Shown here one piece after another: positions 57,945 to 64,000 of a stretch of 64,000 nucleotides of DNA. The position numbers and the translations under genes are program-made. Positions within the stretch are counted from its first letter, which is position 1. The number at the start of each line of letters is the position of its first letter. The notes below the pieces were generated by a model. It was not told the origin of the DNA and ran no database searches. It saw nothing but the letters and a program-made list of their open reading frames with translations. Source of the DNA: Piromyces finnis finn (Eukaryota; Fungi; Neocallimastigomycota). Location of the stretch: positions 62,001 to 126,000 of the forward strand of contig MCFH01000086.1 in NCBI GenBank assembly GCA_002104945.1, given 5' to 3'.

Positions 57945-60045
57945 AAAAAGCATTCAATATCATATTATACAGTTTTATTTTTATTAATATTTTTTTTTTA
58001 TAAATATAAATATAAACAACAATTAGTATATCAATAATTACTCATACGATACTTTAACACCCTTGGATGAAATTCTAGTTGGACAATCTAGAACTCGTTC
58101 ATATAGTTCACTAATAACTGACAGTGCTGCAGGTGGTACAGCATATTCATGTGGTCGAAAAACCTATAATTATGGTGTTGCCGTTGATCCAAGTGGTCAT
58201 CCATGTGCAACTCTTTTAGAAGGTGCTCATGATAAAGGAATGCTAACAGGAATTGTTGTTACGTCAAGAGTTACACATGGTAATATTAATATATATATAT
58301 ATATTATTTTTTCTTTATTTTTAATTTTTATTTGAATAAAATTATTATTATTATTATTATTATTGTTATATAGCTACACCTGCGTCATTTTTGGGACATG
58401 CACGTAATAGACATGAAGAAGACTTTATTGCAACCTGGTTAGCTCCAAATATTACTAACTCAAATTATGATAGGTAAATTTACACCTATTTATATATAAT
58501 ATACATAAATATTGCATATTTACGGATTTTGTATTATATTATTATTATAAATAATAGACAAGTAGATTTATTATTTGGAGGTGGATTATGCCATTTTATT
58601 CCATCATACGAACACAATAGTTGTCGTAATGATGAAAAAAATCTTCTTGAAGATACTGAATTTTTATTTATTAATGATAGAGAAAAATTTGATAATTTAA
58701 ACGACACAAATGTTTTACCAGTTATGGGTTTATTTACTCCAGATGTAAGATTTTAATATACATTTAATAATAAATAAATAAATAAAAAACTGAATGAGTT
58801 ATTTAATTTATTTAATCTATTTAAATATAGCATATGTCATTTGAAATTGATCGAGATCCAAAAAAAGAACCAGCTCTCTGGGAAATGACGGATAAAGCTT
58901 TAAGAATTTTATCTAAAGCTGGAAATAATAAAAAAGGATTTTTTTTATTAATTGGTAAATAAATTCTAAAAACATTTTAGCATATATTTATTTAATAATA
59001 TAGTGTTGAAATATATAGTTTTATTTTTATTAACTTATATTCTTTTATTAAAGAGGGTTCAAGAATCGATATGGCTGCTCATGGTAATGATCCGGCTGCT
59101 CATGCTAATGATATTCTTGCTTACTATAAAACTGTTGATGTAGTTAAAAAGTTTGTTGATAAAAACCCAAATACTTTAGTTATTTCGGTATGTTTTGAAA
59201 ATAACATTATTTTAACCATCAAAATAAAAAAGTTATTAAACAACAACAACAACAACAATAATAATAATAATAAATTATTTATAATATAATAGGTATCTGA
59301 TCATGAAACAGGAGGTCTTGCTCTTGGTTATCAACCAACTAAAGTGTACCCAAAATATATTTGGTATAAAAAAAATTATATATTAATTCTATAAATATAT
59401 ATATTGATGATAAATAATAATAATAATTTTTTTTTTATAAAATTAAAGGCATCCTGAAGTAATTACCAAAGTTAAAAAATCTACTAATAAAATAGCCTTA
59501 CAAATTGAAGCACTATTAAAGTCAGCTGATAATATTGATAATGATGAAGATGATAATAGTGATACTTTATATGATCAAATTTCAGATATTATTTTTGAAA
59601 CAATGGGCATTGATGATACAACTGAGAATGAATTAAAATTTATCATAGAATCAAGAATTGGAAGAACACCTATCGAATTAGCAAATTATTTAGCAAAAAT
59701 GATTAGCCATCGTTCCAAAATAGCATGGACTACTCATGGTCATAGTGGTGCTGATGTAAATTTATATGCATATGGTAAACATTCTAAACTTTTCCAAGGT
59801 AGTAAAGAAAATATTGAAGTTGGACGTCTTGTTGAAAGAATTATGAATATTAATTTAGATGAATTAACAAAACGTTTATTGTATGTATATATATAATTAT
59901 AATAATAGTAAATTTATAAAATAAGTAATTTTAATTTTAATTCTTGATAAAATTTAATAGCTCTAATTATGAACTTCCAAAAACTAATGCAGCTCCTAAT
60001 ACTATGTCCAGATCCAATTTTGATGAAATACATTATCACCATTAA
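57297..60045 (+). CDS. PHO8: Alkaline phosphatase (Pho8-like, N-terminal TM anchor), multi-exon
   Basis: Motifs NIIFMISDGFGP, ITDSAAGGTA (catalytic Ser), TSRVTHATPASF, LFGGG, EGSRIDMAAHGND, SDHETGG and WTTHGHSGADV. The start codon is inferred. Confidence 0.93.
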
Positions 60046-61550
60046 TAATTGTAAATAATAATATATATAATCTATATATTAATAAATTAAGTATTTAATA
60101 TTTATGTAACTAAAAAAATAATAATGTAAATAAATATAATAAAATTTATAATAAAATATAAAATTGTCCAATTTTTTTCTTTTATATTTAATAAAGTAAC
60201 AATAAAAAAATAAAAGAAATAAAAATTATAGTTATATTGTAAAAATATGAGATGAATTACATTTTTATTTTATATTAAAGAAACAAATAGATTAATTTTA
60301 AATGAAGGAATAAAAAAAAAAAACAGAAAAATAATATATTAGACTAATATTATTAATATAATATTAATATATTGTACTACCAATATTAATAGCTTTCCTT
60401 TATAGACATATTAGTATTTTTAAAATACTACATGGCTTTGTCTGAAAAATTATATAATTTAATACATAATTTAATAGAAATTACTAAAAAAAAAATTGAA
60501 TTGTGGCATTATATTAAAAAATTTAAATTGTCTAGTATCTTATTAAAATTTCAATTTAATATGATTGAATCAAAAAATTTTGTATCATAAAAAATGTAAT
60601 GTAATTTAAAAAAAAGCTACAAATTAACAATATTAACTATTTTTAGTTAAATAATCATATTATTATATAATATTTTTATAAATATTAATGTATTGAATAA
60701 TGAATAAATAATATATTTTTATTTAAACTAATAATAATAAAAAAAAAATTAATTATAATAAATTAAAAATATTTAATAAACTTTTTATTCAATTAATTTA
60801 TAATATCTGAATGATATAAATTTCTTTTTATTATTTCTTTTTAAAATTTTTATTATTCATTTTTTTGATTATTTATGAAAATGCTTAAATTTTATTTTAT
60901 TTGAATGAATTAACAATTAAAGAGAAATAAAATAAAATTAAAGAAATATTCAACTAATTAATCAAAATTAAATAGCACAAAGCAACTCGTAAAATTTATG
61001 ATCAAATACTTACTAATCTAATAATTAAAAGAGTAAAAATATTTTTTTAATGTTTATTATTTTAATTAAAAAAGATTTATTCTTCATCAGGAATAAAAAT
61101 GCTTTCAAAAAATATATATATATTTAAAAAATAAAGTTAGCAAAAGAATAAAGTAAAAATAACAGAAAATAAATAAATAAAAAAGAGAGAGAAATAAAAT
61201 ACAAACAATAAAGTAGATGAGAGAATAAATAGGATAGAATTTAATAAATAAAAAAACAACAACAACAACAAAAAAAAAAAATTAAGCAGATTAAATACAT
61301 TATTTTTTTTCTTTCGTTTTTTTTTTTTTTTTTTTTTTTTTGATAAAAAAATTATCAGTTATTTATCATCTTAAATAGTTGCTATATTATAATGATATTT
61401 CAATATTATTCTGATGAAAAATAACAATTAAAATTAAAAGAAAAAAGAAGATTTACTAATTATTATTTATATTCCATTTTATTACTTTATTGAATAATAG
61501 ATTTTTGATATTTTGTATAATAATTTTAATAATAATATAATATATATAAA

Positions 61551-64000
61551 ATGGGATCAAGATATAATAGCAATTCACATAATGAAGATTATTTAAAAAA
61601 TTTAAGAGATCAATATATAAGTCAACTTAATCAATTAAAGTCAATCTTTCAAGACTGGCAAGATCAAGATTTATTAATGACTCTTGAAGATGTTGGTGGA
61701 GATCTTGAATTAGCAATCATTAGAATTACAGAAGGTTTTTTTTTAAATATATATATTTTCATTGAATAAATATTTAAAAAAAGAATTATCAAATATATTT
61801 TATATAATTTTAATAATAATAGTCATAATAATGCAAATATAAATTAAAAATAAAACTGTTGATTAATATATGATAAAAATGAAATAGTTTTTCCTATTTA
61901 ATATAAAAACATACATTGAAGATCAATATTTTAATTTAAATTTAAACATAATTCAAAATTGAACAATAGGTATTGCACCACAATGGGGCGAGGTAAAAAG
62001 AAAGCATAATAAACCAAAATCCGCTCAATCTAAAGATAATGAAAACGATCGTTCACAACGTAATTCATCACGAGGTAGTAGAGGAGTTCGTGGTGGTAAG
62101 TATTTTTTATTTTATTATTTATTTATTAAATTACAATTTTTTTTTAGATATTTAATAATGTTAAATTATATTAAAGGTGGTGTTGCAGGCCGTGGGGGAT
62201 ATAATAATCGTGGTAGTAGAGGTCGCGGAAAAGGTATAGTATAAAAATATAAAAAAAGTTGTAAAAATATATAAAGTAAAAATATAATAATATTTTTTTT
62301 ATATTTAATTAGGTTCAATGGGAAGAAACCAAAGTAATCAAGGTCAAGGTTTAAATAATAAAACTTCAAATGGTTCAATACAAAGTAAGAAAAACCATGA
62401 AAAGAATGCTAATATTGATAATCCTATAGTAGAAGAAAAAACAAATGAAATTCAAAAATCAGAAAATAAAGAAAATAAAAATGATAAACAAAATACCTGG
62501 AAAGCAAAGGGAGCTTGGAGCAAAGGTGCCCCAGGTTCTCACCATGAAAATAAAAATAATAATAATACACCAACTGCTGCTGTTACAAATATACCAGTTA
62601 CCGAAAGTACAAATAAACCAACCAAAACAAATACAGATTCAGAAACTGAAGTTAAAAAGACTATCCCACAAATGCCAAAGATAACATATGCTCAAATATT
62701 AAAGTAGATATTGATATTTCTAAAATAATAATAATATAGTTCATATAAATGTTATTTAATAAATATTAAATTGTGACTAATAATTATTTTATATAATATA
62801 AGACCTACACCAAAACCATCTTCTCCAAAGAAAGCTAATCCAAAACCAAAATCTTCTGAATCAAAGAAGGAAGAAGAAAAGAAAGAAACAAAGGCTGAAA
62901 CTAAACCAGTTGAAGAAGAAAAAAAGAAAGAAGCGGTAGTTGAAAAATCAGAAGAAACCATAATAAATGAAGTTCCAGCTGAAGCTCCAAAATCTCCAAT
63001 AAAGGAAACTCCAAAATCCCCAGTTAAAGAAGCTCCAAAGTCTCCAGTTAAAACCGAAGCTAAGAGTCCAACTAAGGCTCCAGCTACCCCAAAATTAGAA
63101 GATACTTCTAACGCAATTTCCACTCCAAAAAGTAAGCAATCCAGTAATCAAAACTCTATCCCACCAGGTTTTAAGCAATCTAGACCAATAATTTCTAGAA
63201 AACTTAAGCAAGAAGTTGCTGTTGTTATGCCAATGAATAATACTAGACCATCACATGGTGTTCAATTTGGATCTTTAAAATCAAGCAGCATTGAAATTGA
63301 AGAAGAAAAGCAAGAATTAGCTAAAAAAGATAGTACTCCAGAAGTTGCCGCTCCAGTAACCACTAATACTGCTACAGTAGCTACTGAAGTTAAGACTGAA
63401 CAAGAACCAGTACAAGAACAGCCAGCTAAAGCTAATAAAAATACTCATACAAATCACCAACAAAATGCTAATGTTCGTCACAACAAGAATACTAATAATA
63501 CTGTTTCAACTGCAAACACTACTGCAACAAATGCTACTGCTAATATAAACATTAATGCCAATATTACCTCTACTACTTCCACTACTACAGCTACTACAGC
63601 AGCCACTTCTACAACAGCTACTACTACTGCAACTACCATTCAATCTAATATTATGGCATCTTCTTCTACTCCAGCCCATAATATGCAAAAAACTGAACAA
63701 CCACAAACTCAACAACAAGCTTATTATAATAATGCTATAAATAATGGTGCTCATAATACAAATAATATTTTAAACCGTTATGGTTATTCACAAAACCAAC
63801 AAATTCCAGGCATTCAATTCAATGCTACCCATATAAGTGGTGTCCCAGATTACTCTAATATTTATAATGATCCACAACTTCGTGGCTATATGGTAAATAA
63901 TATTATTATATATATAAAAGTGAAATTAATAATAAACTATGAAAGTTGTTATTAAACTAATTTTTAATTGTATCTTATACTTACTTAAAAATACAGGGTT
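61551..64000 (+). CDS. DEF1: CUE-domain / RGG low-complexity protein of the Def1 / UBAP2L (Lingerer) type; 3' end beyond the window
   Basis: LKSIFQDWQDQDLLMTLEDVGGDLELAIIRITEGIAPQWGEVKRK, RGG-rich segment, AVVMP..GVQFGSL motif, Q/N/T-rich tail. Confidence 0.72.

Noticed and set aside
62166-63754. Minus-strand and alternate-frame ORFs over the Def1-like gene
   Set aside because: Shadows of low-complexity coding exons.

Overview
Eukaryotic, extremely AT-rich, intron-rich genomic DNA, almost certainly from an anaerobic gut fungus (Neocallimastigomycota). The evidence is paired fungal dockerin modules on a GH5 cellulase, a bacterial-type expansin, and centriole/flagellum genes as expected for a zoosporic fungus. 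I reconstructed about 16 protein-coding genes by hand-splicing. In order they are: Mediator Med20 (-), ankyrin-RasGEF (+), class II (bacterial-type) HMG-CoA reductase with a ~500 aa C-terminal extension (-), double-PHD MYST acetyltransferase (+), EXLX-type expansin (+), PLK4 (-), GH5 endoglucanase with CBM10-like module and 2 dockerins (-), secreted acidic repeat protein (+), fatty acid elongase (+), B9D1 (-), RIIAD1-like (+), cyclin B (-), MDH1B/PPIL6-N-terminus-like glutaredoxin-fold protein (-), an orphan amphipathic 636 aa protein (+), alkaline phosphatase (+), and a Def1/UBAP2L-like CUE protein (+, runs off the window). I recognised no rRNA, tRNA, CRISPR array or intact transposon. The most interesting items are the class II HMGR fusion with a perfect 21-bp hairpin in its first intron, the ~410 aa insertion inside Med20, the 17-Trp tail on the expansin, and a local concentration of centriole/cilium genes. 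All assignments come from motif recognition by eye; no database searches were run.
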